A stretch of 64,000 bases of DNA, from assembly GCA_963678315.1 (NCBI GenBank), contig OY782781.1, forward strand, positions 576,001 through 640,000. The letters run 5' to 3'. The translations under genes were made by a program, and so were the position numbers. This document shows positions 1 to 8,438 of the stretch, one piece after another. A model generated the notes under the pieces. The model saw only the letters and a list, made by a program, of their open reading frames with translations, ran no database searches and was not told the origin of the DNA. Within the stretch, counting starts at the first letter, position 1, and each line of letters starts with the position of its first letter. The DNA is from Candidatus Cloacimonadales bacterium (GTDB lineage: Bacteria; Cloacimonadota; Cloacimonadia; Cloacimonadales; JAFGVF01).

Positions 1-939
1 GGTGAGACTATCACTGAAAAGGGAAACAATGTAATATTAGATAAAATGGAGTTCCCTGACACAGTTATTTCCATTGCTATTGAAGCAAAATCCAAAGGTG
101 ATGAAGCTAACTTAAAAGATGCTCTTGAGAAGTTCCAAGAAGAAGACCCTACTATCAAAGTTCGTGAAGATAAAGATACAGGTCAAACTCTCATCTCTGG
201 TATGGGCGAACTACACTTAGAAATCATTGTAGACCGTCTTAAACGTGAATTCAATGTTAATGCTAACGTAGGTGACCCTCAAGTTGCTTATAAGGAAACA
301 ATTCTTCAAGCTAATACAGCAGAAGAGGTTTTCGACAGGATGCTTGGCGATAAACGTGCTTATGCTAAAGTTAAAGTTAAGGTTAGTCCAATTCAAGCAG
401 AAGATATTGATTCTAAATATAAGAATAAGTTTACTTTTAAAGGATCTGATGAACTAAAAGAATGCTTTAAAAATGCTATCGAAGAGGCAAGTCTTAACGC
501 CCTCAACGATGGACCAATCTTCTCAGCAAACTTAGAAAGAGTTCATGTTGAAGTTGTCCATGCTGAAACTCTTCCTGATGAAGATAACGACACAGGATTC
601 AGAATTGCTACATCAATGGCTGTTGGAAGAGCTATCAGAGAAACTAAGTCTGCCCTACTCGAACCTATTATGCTTGTAACAGTAATAACTCCTGAAGATT
701 ATGTTGGAGACATTATCTCTGACCTAAATAGTAAACGTGGTAAGATAGAAGAGATTAGAATGCAGAACAGCAAACAAGAAATCATTGCTAAAGTACCAAT
801 GCGTGAGCTCTTTGGTTATTCAACTACTATCCGTTCAATCAGCTCCGGAAGAGCTATCTATACTATGGAATATAGTAACTACGAAATCGTTCCTAACAAT
901 GTAAAAGAAGAAATCTTAAAGAAAATTAGAGGCTATTAG
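1..939 (+). CDS. Elongation factor G family protein, 5'-truncated by the window edge (domains III-V); divergent paralog
   Basis: Frame 1 is open from base 1. Motifs EEDPT, GQTLISGMGELHLEI, PQVAYKETI, LLEPIM and ELFGYST are present. Domain IV motifs are degenerate. Confidence 0.9.
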   Translation, partial: GETITEKGNNVILDKMEFPDTVISIAIEAKSKGDEANLKDALEKFQEEDPTIKVREDKDTGQTLISGMGELHLEIIVDRLKREFNVNANVGDPQVAYKETILQANTAEEVFDRMLGDKRAYAKVKVKVSPIQAEDIDSKYKNKFTFKGSDELKECFKNAIEEASLNALNDGPIFSANLERVHVEVVHAETLPDEDNDTGFRIATSMAVGRAIRETKSALLEPIMLVTVITPEDYVGDIISDLNSKRGKIEEIRMQNSKQEIIAKVPMRELFGYSTTIRSISSGRAIYTMEYSNYEIVPNNVKEEILKKIRGY

Positions 940-963
940 CCTTACTATTTAGAATATAAAATT

Positions 964-1000
964 AAAGGAGCATTGATTATTTGTCAGTGCTCCTTTTTTT
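964..1000 (+). terminator. Intrinsic terminator after the EF-G gene
   Basis: GGAGCATTGA/TCAGTGCTCC stem followed by a T7 run. Confidence 0.8.
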
Positions 1001-1100
1001 ATCAAAGTATCATTAAACCAAAATTATTTTTATCTATTTATTTAAATTTATTGACTTTCCGCAAATATCTTATTATATTGAAAGTAGTTAGGAGGAAGGT

Positions 1101-1547
1101 ATGAAGAAAAACATATATACTCAATTAAAGACTATTGAGAATGGAATGAGTGATTTGTTATCTGCTATGTCTTCGTTGACTCATAATAAATATAGTTTTA
1201 GAGAGAACCATGAAGATTGTTGGACTCCGAATTGTGATGTCTATATTTCGGATGAAAAGTTACATGTAATAATTGAACTTGCTGGTGTAAACAAGGATTC
1301 TATTCATTTAGAATCAACCGATAAATCTCTTTTGATAAAAGGGAAAAGGGACTTTAAGTTCCCTTACAATGATGTTTGCTATTATTACATGGAAATTGAG
1401 ACAGGATACTTTGAAAGAGAAATTATTTTCCCTGACATAAGAATCGATTATGAAAAACCTGATGTTAAGTTTGAAAATGGAATACTAATAGTAACATTTG
1501 CTATTTTAGGATACCAGGACTACACTGTTCCTATTGAAACAGAATAA
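1101..1547 (+). CDS. Hsp20/alpha-crystallin small heat-shock protein
   Basis: WTPNCDVY, IELAGV, GYFEREI and FENGILIV pattern. AGGAGG RBS and TTGACT-N17-TATATT promoter upstream. Confidence 0.85.
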   Translation: MKKNIYTQLKTIENGMSDLLSAMSSLTHNKYSFRENHEDCWTPNCDVYISDEKLHVIIELAGVNKDSIHLESTDKSLLIKGKRDFKFPYNDVCYYYMEIETGYFEREIIFPDIRIDYEKPDVKFENGILIVTFAILGYQDYTVPIETE

Positions 1548-1668
1548 GATTTAGCTGGAAAGTTAACAGCTTTATTGGACATAAACTCATTAAGAGTTTT
1601 AAGGGTTTTTTACGCCTACAGTTTTGCAATTATATGTATCATTTTATTGTTCTTTTTTACCCCAAAGC

Positions 1669-1992
1669 AAGGTCACCCTTACTTGTCTCTTTGAAAAAAA
1701 GCCGATTTTTCAATGTGGCAAGTAAGTTAGGAGTGAGTTACTGGGAACGCTTTGCCTTTAGTCCGGCTGCTGCCGGATAGCCGGCTAATACTGGGAACGC
1801 ACAGCCTCCGTGCTGGCTTCACTTAGAACCTAGTGATAAGTGAATTTGTAGAGACGTTTGGAAAAACGTCTCAGATACAAGCTAGAAGCTTGTGTACCCA
1901 GTGGCAATTTCGTAGAGACGTTTGGAAAAACGTCTCAGATACAAGCTAGAAGCTTGTGTACCCATATTAATAGAACACAGACAGCATTGATT
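1669..1992 (+). repeat. Mosaic REP-like element, copy E1
   Basis: Head AAGGTCAyCCTTACTTG..TTGAAAAAAAGCCGATTTTTCAA is shared with 26.8, 40.8 and 52.7 kb. Contains CTGGGAACGC hairpin modules and a 64-bp tandem duplication (GTAGAGACG at 1848 and 1912). Tail is shared with E2. Confidence 0.9.
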
Positions 1993-2009
1993 CTAAGGCA
2001 GTAAAACCC

Positions 2010-3431
2010 CTACTTAATCATAATCATTTTAGAGCTTCTTGTATATTCAGGTGTAGAAATTTTATAAAAATAGAGTCCTGATGAAACTCTTTTCCCTTCT
2101 TTATTTACTCCATTCCAGACCAGGCTATGGTTACCTTTATCGAGAGTTTCTTTCACTAGTGTTGTAACTGATTGTCCTTTGATGTTATATATCTCTATGG
2201 AAACAGGCATAGCTTTACTTAAAGTAAAAGAAATAGTTGTTTGAGGATTGAAAGGGTTTGGGTAGCAAGAAAGCTTATCTATAGGCAGTATTTCAGAATT
2301 ATCAATATTAGTGGAGTTATATTCAATAGGACCAATATCGACAGCAGTAGCGTGATTTCTAGGGTTTCCTAGAAGGTCATATTCAGGGAGCATAAAGTCA
2401 AAAGGTAACTGATTAGTTCCTGCGTTTGCAAGAAGAGAGAAGTCCTCTAAAAAGAAAATATCATTCTCTTGATTAATGACTAAATCCTCTGCAAATGTAT
2501 TATTATTAGCAAAGACAAAATCCATTACATTGTGGTTGCAATGAAAATCTTTGATAGAGAAAATTTGGTTATCTTCGAAGTAATAATCACTATTAGCGTA
2601 GACTAAATTATTATAGAAAAGAGGCTTAGAAACAAAGCTTTCAATAAGTCCAGCTTCATAGAAATCATCTTCATTTGTGATTGAATTAAAAAATAGCTGG
2701 TTGTTAAAGATTTTTGGATTAGAAAAATGGACTATGCCAACTGAGCCAGAGATAGAAGCAGTGTTGTTGTTGAATTGGTTGTTTTGAACTACTATATCGG
2801 CGTTGTTATTAAGGGCAAAGGCTGCACCATTATGTGCATAGTTATTCCTAAAAATAGAGTTTTCTATTAGTAGTTTATCAAAGTCAGAAACATTAAATAC
2901 AGCGCCAGAATCAGTAATCAATGATTCTGAAGTGTCTACAGCTTTAGCATATTCAAAGATACAATATTCAAATCGTGATTGTTCATTTGCATCTGAAGTA
3001 TGTATATAATCAATACCATTCCAACAGCCCTCTAAGTTGTCGTTGTTTTCGAATAAATAGAAGTCTTGGCTAGTGAACAAGATTCTGTTGTCAGCTGTGC
3101 CAATGGCTGAAATTGTTCCTTGGCAATCAATTTTATAATTCCCTTGAAAAGAAATGATAGATCCTTCAGCAAATGAGAGAATAACCCCATCTTCTATGAA
3201 AACATCACCTGTTACGCTGATGTTTGTTTCAGTGAGCTGAATACTCTCGCTAATTATACCAGACAGACTTTCTCTAGAGTCAGTTCTTAAGTTAAGGCTT
3301 TCCCTATCATTGATTAGTTCTGTGCAGCTAGATGAAGCAAGAAAAGTTTGACAGCCATATCCTTGAGCAGGACTATTTTCAGCTAACTGATAGTTACCAT
3401 TTTCTGGGTCAACCAACTGAGGGTCAATCAT
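2010..3431 (-). CDS. C-terminal part of a secreted beta-helix protein with FlgD-Ig/T9SS-like C-terminal domain; probably continuous with 3480..4154 through an in-frame TGA
   Basis: Asn-rich beta-helix repeats, DLLGNPR..DIGPIEY and a YPNPFNP CTD. No signal peptide or clear RBS of its own. Confidence 0.75.
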   Translation of the reverse strand: MIDPQLVDPENGNYQLAENSPAQGYGCQTFLASSSCTELINDRESLNLRTDSRESLSGIISESIQLTETNISVTGDVFIEDGVILSFAEGSIISFQGNYKIDCQGTISAIGTADNRILFTSQDFYLFENNDNLEGCWNGIDYIHTSDANEQSRFEYCIFEYAKAVDTSESLITDSGAVFNVSDFDKLLIENSIFRNNYAHNGAAFALNNNADIVVQNNQFNNNTASISGSVGIVHFSNPKIFNNQLFFNSITNEDDFYEAGLIESFVSKPLFYNNLVYANSDYYFEDNQIFSIKDFHCNHNVMDFVFANNNTFAEDLVINQENDIFFLEDFSLLANAGTNQLPFDFMLPEYDLLGNPRNHATAVDIGPIEYNSTNIDNSEILPIDKLSCYPNPFNPQTTISFTLSKAMPVSIEIYNIKGQSVTTLVKETLDKGNHSLVWNGVNKEGKRVSSGLYFYKISTPEYTRSSKMIMIK

Positions 3432-3479
3432 AGAAATATTATCGTTTATCTCAGCCTCCGGCCAAGTTTCTGGAGGTGC

Positions 3480-4154
3480 TCAGCCATAATCGCAGAATCT
3501 GCCATAATGGCGCATGGGCTCTCTATTTAGACGTGAATCGCTAAAATAAGACCAGTTTCTTTGGATTTGTGGAAAACCATATTCATTGTAGAAAACAGAA
3601 TGTACTACACTAAAACCTGTTGGTAACCACTCTTCTGTATAGCTTGTGAAGTTCACAAAATCATCTCCTGAAGAATAGCAATCTACAAAGATGTTATCAG
3701 TAACACTTATTCCTTGCCCAGTTGCATGGAGTCTTACTGCATAGTCTTCTGCATTATAAAAAGTAATGTTGGATACAGAGCCCTCTGGAAGTAAGTCACC
3801 ACCTTCAGTAGTTCCACGAAACTTAATTCCTCCATTGATAATAATACAATCTGAGATATCTAATCGTTTATCAGTATATTGCAGGGTAATGAAACCACCT
3901 TGGAGATCTAGTATAGCCCCATTCCCAATGATGTTAACATTTACCCCTAAAGTATCACAAAAGTCAGCAGTATTGGAGTTAAAGTAGCCACCAATAAGTA
4001 AAGAGCCTGTGTATACTTGACCTGTATTAAGTGTTAGCACCTTATCATATAACTCATTAGAAGGAGCTAAGTCATAGACTTCTTTTAATGATGTGGCATT
4101 TAGTAGAGTCACCCCAATTAGTAGAAGTAAAAATACAAAAGTTTTATTTTTCAT
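3480..4154 (-). CDS. N-terminal part of a secreted protein (signal peptide), ending FCDYG-TGA in frame with the downstream ORF
   Basis: MKNKTFVFLLLLIGVTLLNA signal peptide and AGAGGA RBS before the ATG at 4154. 16 open codons link the TGA to the ATG at 3431. Confidence 0.75.
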   Translation of the reverse strand: MKNKTFVFLLLLIGVTLLNATSLKEVYDLAPSNELYDKVLTLNTGQVYTGSLLIGGYFNSNTADFCDTLGVNVNIIGNGAILDLQGGFITLQYTDKRLDISDCIIINGGIKFRGTTEGGDLLPEGSVSNITFYNAEDYAVRLHATGQGISVTDNIFVDCYSSGDDFVNFTSYTEEWLPTGFSVVHSVFYNEYGFPQIQRNWSYFSDSRLNREPMRHYGRFCDYG

Positions 4155-4373
4155 ACATCCTCTTAAATACATTTGTTAATATCTATTATTACAAAGATGT
4201 TTATCATTCTTCATAACAAAGATAAGTGATTAATAATAAAATAGCCTTGTTAAGTCAACAACATTTCTTGAGAAGTATTTTTTTGATTGACATAAGGTCA
4301 ATACAAATTTTTGATGTAAGTTAAAGTTAACTAGTAAGAAAGATAACAAAAATATATATCAGATGGAGGATTT

Positions 4374-5435
4374 ATGAAAACTGGTGGAAGTCGTTACGGA
4401 ACTCACAGAGTTGTTGAACCACAAGGTGTTTTACCACAACCAGCGAGAGTTGTTGATAACAATATGACTGAGATATGGGATAATGAGATGCTCATCGATG
4501 TTATTAGATTAAATGTCGATTCTGCTTCTTTCCATCAAATCAAGAATAAATTAATTGCACAAGGCCATGAAGCAGATTTAGAAAAAGCATTTGCAGACCA
4601 TGTTATTGACTTAACAGAAAGAACTGGTAAGCATAAAAATGAAGATACAGGTTCAGGTGGAATGCTTATTGGTAGAGTTGCTAAGATCGGTCCTAACTTC
4701 GAAATGAAAGATGAAGTTAAAGAAGGTGACTTGATAGCTACATTAGTTTCCTTGTCATTAACTCCTTTAAAAGTGAATGAAGTAAAACGTGTAATTTTAG
4801 ATAAAGACCAAGTTGAGATTGAAGGTCAAGCTATCCTTTTCAGTTCAGGAATCTATGCTAAACTTCCAGAAGATATGGATATTAACTTAGCATTATCAGT
4901 TCTTGATGTTGCAGGTGCTCCAGCTCAAGCAGAAAGATTAGCTAACGCTGGAGACACAGTAGTTGTTTTAGGTGCAGCAGGTAAATCTGGTGTTCTTTGT
5001 AATGCTATCTGTCGTGAAAGAGTTGGTGTTTCTGGTAAAGTTATTGGTATTGTTCACCATGAAATCCACAGGGAAGAAGCATTAAAATCAGGTTGTAATG
5101 AAGTTTATATTGGCGATGCAACAGATGCAATAGCTATTGAAAAAACTATTCATGAAGCAACTAATGGTAAAATGGCTGACTTGGTAATAAATGTTGTTAA
5201 TGTAGAAAATACTGAAATGGCATCAATTATGGCTTGTAAAGATAGAGGTACAGTATACTTCTTCTCAATGGCTACATCATTCACAAAAGCTGCTTTAGGT
5301 GCTGAAGGTATCGGTGCAGATGTTGATATGATTCTAGGTAATGGCTATGCACATAATCATGCTATGATTTCTATCGATTTACTTCAAAGAAATGAATACT
5401 TAATGGGCTTATTCAAAACTAGATACACAGACTAA
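4374..5435 (+). CDS. kdd: L-erythro-3,5-diaminohexanoate dehydrogenase
   Basis: YGTHRV.EP.GVLPQPA, TGSGGML, ATLVSLSLTPL and FFSMATSF motifs; adjacent to kamA. Confidence 0.9.
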   Translation: MKTGGSRYGTHRVVEPQGVLPQPARVVDNNMTEIWDNEMLIDVIRLNVDSASFHQIKNKLIAQGHEADLEKAFADHVIDLTERTGKHKNEDTGSGGMLIGRVAKIGPNFEMKDEVKEGDLIATLVSLSLTPLKVNEVKRVILDKDQVEIEGQAILFSSGIYAKLPEDMDINLALSVLDVAGAPAQAERLANAGDTVVVLGAAGKSGVLCNAICRERVGVSGKVIGIVHHEIHREEALKSGCNEVYIGDATDAIAIEKTIHEATNGKMADLVINVVNVENTEMASIMACKDRGTVYFFSMATSFTKAALGAEGIGADVDMILGNGYAHNHAMISIDLLQRNEYLMGLFKTRYTD

Positions 5436-5444
5436 GAGGTAACT

Positions 5445-6692
5445 ATGGCTGGAATTATTGATATCAAAACAATTGCTAGTCCTGATCAATGGAATGACTG
5501 GAAATGGCAATTAAAAAATAGAATTACTACATACGAAGATTTAAAGAAATATATTACTCTTTCTGAAGAAGAAGAAGCAGTATTCTCAGGAGAAGGATTC
5601 CCATTTAGAATGGCTATCACTCCTTACTACTTATCACTAATTGAAGAAGGAAACTTCAATGACCCAGTTAGATTACAAGCTGTACCTAAAATTCAAGAAT
5701 CAGCTTTAGTAAAAACTGATATGTCTGATCCTCTTCATGAAGATACAGATTCTCCTACTCCAGGATTAACTCACAGATATCCAGATAGATGTTTACTTCT
5801 CTTAACTGACCAATGCTCAATGTATTGCCGTCACTGTACTAGAAGAAGAAAAGCAGGTGAACATGATGCTCCAATGCCTAAAGATAACGTATCTAAAGCT
5901 ATTGAATACATCAGAAATACTCCTGAAATCAGAGACGTTATTCTTTCTGGTGGTGACCCATTAACTTTGGGAACAGCTAGACTTGAAGAAGTAATCTCTG
6001 AAATTTCAGCAATTGACCATGTTGATATTATTAGAATCGGTTCAAGAATCCCTGTTGTATTACCTCAGCGTATCGATGATGAACTTATCGCTATGTTGAA
6101 AAAATACCCAATGATCTGGATGAATACTCATTTCAATCATCCTAATGAAATGACTCCAGAAGCAGAAAAAGCTCTTGCTAAACTTGCTAATGCTGGTGTT
6201 GTTCTTGGTAACCAATCTGTGTTACTTAAAGGTGTAAATGATCATGTTGATGTAATGAAGAATCTTGTTCATGTTCTTGTTAAGAATCGTGTACGCCCTT
6301 ATTATATCTACCAATGTGACCTTTCAGAAGGTATTTCACACTTCAGAACTCCAGTATCTAAAGGTATCGAATTAATCGAATCCCTAAGAGGTCATACTTC
6401 TGGTTTATGTGTACCTACATTTGTTGTTGATGCTCCAGGTGGCGGAGGTAAAATTCCTGTTCAACCTAACTATATCATCTCTCAAATGCCAGGAAGAGTT
6501 ATCCTTAGAAACTATGAAGGTTTCATAACTACTTATACTGAACCAGAATTCAAAGAACAAGATACAAACGATTATCGCCAACCTGTTAGAGAAGAAAGAA
6601 AATCTACTGAAGGTGTTATGCAACTTCTACGTGGAGAAAAAGTTTCTATTGGTCCAGCTGATACTAAGAGAAATAAAAGACAAAAACACTAG
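5445..6692 (+). CDS. kamA: Lysine 2,3-aminomutase (radical SAM)
   Basis: WNDWKWQ, THRYPDR, CSMYCRHC radical-SAM motif, DAPGGGGK. Confidence 0.95.
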   Translation: MAGIIDIKTIASPDQWNDWKWQLKNRITTYEDLKKYITLSEEEEAVFSGEGFPFRMAITPYYLSLIEEGNFNDPVRLQAVPKIQESALVKTDMSDPLHEDTDSPTPGLTHRYPDRCLLLLTDQCSMYCRHCTRRRKAGEHDAPMPKDNVSKAIEYIRNTPEIRDVILSGGDPLTLGTARLEEVISEISAIDHVDIIRIGSRIPVVLPQRIDDELIAMLKKYPMIWMNTHFNHPNEMTPEAEKALAKLANAGVVLGNQSVLLKGVNDHVDVMKNLVHVLVKNRVRPYYIYQCDLSEGISHFRTPVSKGIELIESLRGHTSGLCVPTFVVDAPGGGGKIPVQPNYIISQMPGRVILRNYEGFITTYTEPEFKEQDTNDYRQPVREERKSTEGVMQLLRGEKVSIGPADTKRNKRQKH

Positions 6693-6718
6693 GCTTATAA
6701 GTCAGTAATTATATATTG

Positions 6719-6744
6719 AAGAGCTCCGGATTAGGAGCTCTTTT
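6719..6744 (+). terminator. Intrinsic terminator after kamA
   Basis: AAGAGCTCC/GGAGCTCTT stem plus T run. Confidence 0.75.
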
Positions 6745-6749
6745 ATGTT

Positions 6750-6849
6750 TATATCTTATCGGGTATAAAATGCTTGAAAAGAATATGTTTATATCAGTTC
6801 GGGTATAAATCAATAAAAAAGCTTGACATTATATCTTATCGGGTATAAT
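6750..6849 (+). promoter_or_regulatory. Three operator-like palindromes at 40-bp spacing, overlapping the promoter of the hip module
   Basis: TATATCwkwTCGGGTATA at 6750, 6790 and 6830. TTGACA at 6823 and TATAAT at 6844 (15-bp spacer). Confidence 0.75.
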
Positions 6850-6868
6850 AAATACATGAGGTAAGATA

Positions 6869-7096
6869 ATGAAACAAGATATAGGAGCTTTCGTTAAAAT
6901 AGAAAGAAAAAAATTTGGAATGACCCAAAAGGATCTAGCTTTTAAGGCAGGGGTTGGGTTACGCTTTGTCCGGGATCTTGAGCAAGGCAAACAAACCGTA
7001 AGATTAGATAAGGTGAATGATGTACTCAGGCTATTCAATAAGCGTGTAGGCGTAATAGAAATCAAATATGAAGATTGGGGATTTGATGATGAATAA
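6869..7096 (+). CDS. HipB-like Xre HTH regulator
   Basis: RKKFGMTQKDLAFKAGVGLRFVRDLEQGK HTH; first gene of the hip module. Confidence 0.85.
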   Translation: MKQDIGAFVKIERKKFGMTQKDLAFKAGVGLRFVRDLEQGKQTVRLDKVNDVLRLFNKRVGVIEIKYEDWGFDDE

Positions 7097-7421
7097 ATCT
7101 GGGAAAGTATTCTTTAACGATGATTATGCAGGAATAATAACTGAATCAGATGATGATTTTGTTTTTGAATATGATGAACAATATTATTTAAATGATTCTA
7201 AAAAAAGTATAAGTTTAACATTACCTAAAACACAAAAAAAATATACAAGCAGTTTTCTCTTTCCTTTCTTTGATGGACTTATTCCTGAAGGGTGGTTATT
7301 AGACCTTGCACAGGAAACTTGGAAGATTGATAGAAATGATAGGATGGAATTACTTCTTAGATGTTGTAAGGATGTCATAGGAGCTGTTAGTATTATTCCT
7401 TTGGAGAAACAAGATGATTAA
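7089..7421 (+). CDS. HipA N-terminal-domain protein (HipS-like)
   Basis: ISLTLP and LFPFFDGLIPEGW motifs. Overlaps both neighbours. Start could be 7086 or 7089. Confidence 0.85.
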   Translation: MNKSGKVFFNDDYAGIITESDDDFVFEYDEQYYLNDSKKSISLTLPKTQKKYTSSFLFPFFDGLIPEGWLLDLAQETWKIDRNDRMELLLRCCKDVIGAVSIIPLEKQDD

Positions 7422-8352
7422 AAGATGCTTATATTGTTATCAGCCTATCGAAGAAAACTGTGATTATCATGAAAAGTGTAGGTTAGCTTTTTTTGGAGAT
7501 AGAAGTGATGTACTTGTTCCTTATGCTTACAATGAACTTAAAGATCTAGCAAAGAATGTTATCCGTCAAAGTGTCACTGTTCCAGGAGTTCAAACCAAAT
7601 TGTCTCTTAAACTAGAAAAGAATGTGGGAGCAGATAGATTGACTCTAGTTGGTTATAAAGGAGACTATATTCTAAAACCACCAACAGAGAAGTATGCTAA
7701 TCTTCCAGAAAATGAAGATTTAATAATGAAGATGGCTGAATATTTTGATATAAAAACAGTTCCTCATTCCCTGATTAGATTAAAGTCAGGAGAGTTAAGC
7801 TATATAACTCGGAGAATTGATAGGCTAAAAGGTAAAAAAATCCACATGGAAGATTTTTGTCAGTTGAGTGGAAAACTTACAGTAAACAAATACAAAAGTT
7901 CTTCAGAAGCTTTAGGTAGGATATTGTTTAAATATTCAAGCAAGCCAATTATGGAATCAATAGAATTATTTAAAATAATATTATTCTCTTTTCTTGTAGG
8001 TAACAATGACATGCATTTAAAAAATTTTTCACTTATCTATAATAAAGATGAAATTAAACTTGCTCCAGCTTATGATTTACTTGCTGTCAGATTGGTTATA
8101 CCAAAATATAAGGATGATGATGAACTAGCATTGTCAATAGCTGGTAAAAAGAAAAATATAGGGAAAAAGCAATTCTATAGTTTAGGGGAAAAATACATGT
8201 TAAATACGCAACAAATTGATTATGTTTTTACTAAATTCAGTCAACAACTTAGCAAATGTTGTGAGCTTATAGAAGTAAGCTTTTTACCTAAAGGTATGCA
8301 AGAAGAATTAATAAACTTGTTGAAAGAGAGATTCTCTAGGATATTGATATAG
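7414..8352 (+). CDS. HipA C-terminal kinase domain toxin (HipT-like)
   Basis: VPGVQTK Gly-rich loop, ENEDL, HMEDFCQ, GNNDMHLKNFS, LAPAYD. Confidence 0.9.
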   Translation: MIKRCLYCYQPIEENCDYHEKCRLAFFGDRSDVLVPYAYNELKDLAKNVIRQSVTVPGVQTKLSLKLEKNVGADRLTLVGYKGDYILKPPTEKYANLPENEDLIMKMAEYFDIKTVPHSLIRLKSGELSYITRRIDRLKGKKIHMEDFCQLSGKLTVNKYKSSSEALGRILFKYSSKPIMESIELFKIILFSFLVGNNDMHLKNFSLIYNKDEIKLAPAYDLLAVRLVIPKYKDDDELALSIAGKKKNIGKKQFYSLGEKYMLNTQQIDYVFTKFSQQLSKCCELIEVSFLPKGMQEELINLLKERFSRILI

Positions 8353-8375
8353 GCTTGTAAAAGTTATCCAATTCT

Positions 8376-8404
8376 AGAGGGCAGCCAATCTGACTGCCCT
8401 TTTG
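8376..8404. terminator. Hairpin terminator between convergent genes
   Basis: AGGGCAG/CTGCCCT stem followed by Ts. Confidence 0.7.
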
Positions 8405-8438
8405 AATAGGTTGTTGAGAGGATAATTATTATTGCTTT

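Noticed and set aside
3480..3482. Genome-wide TGA reassignment (genetic code 4 or 25)
   Set aside because: Other genes are intact under code 11, use TGG for Trp, and end at TGA in ATGA overlaps (e.g. acyP, chromate transporter, pabB). Any recoding must be site-specific.
6829..7065. Antisense ORF over the HipB-like gene as a fourth TA component
   Set aside because: It is a shadow of the HTH gene, runs into the operator region and has no RBS.
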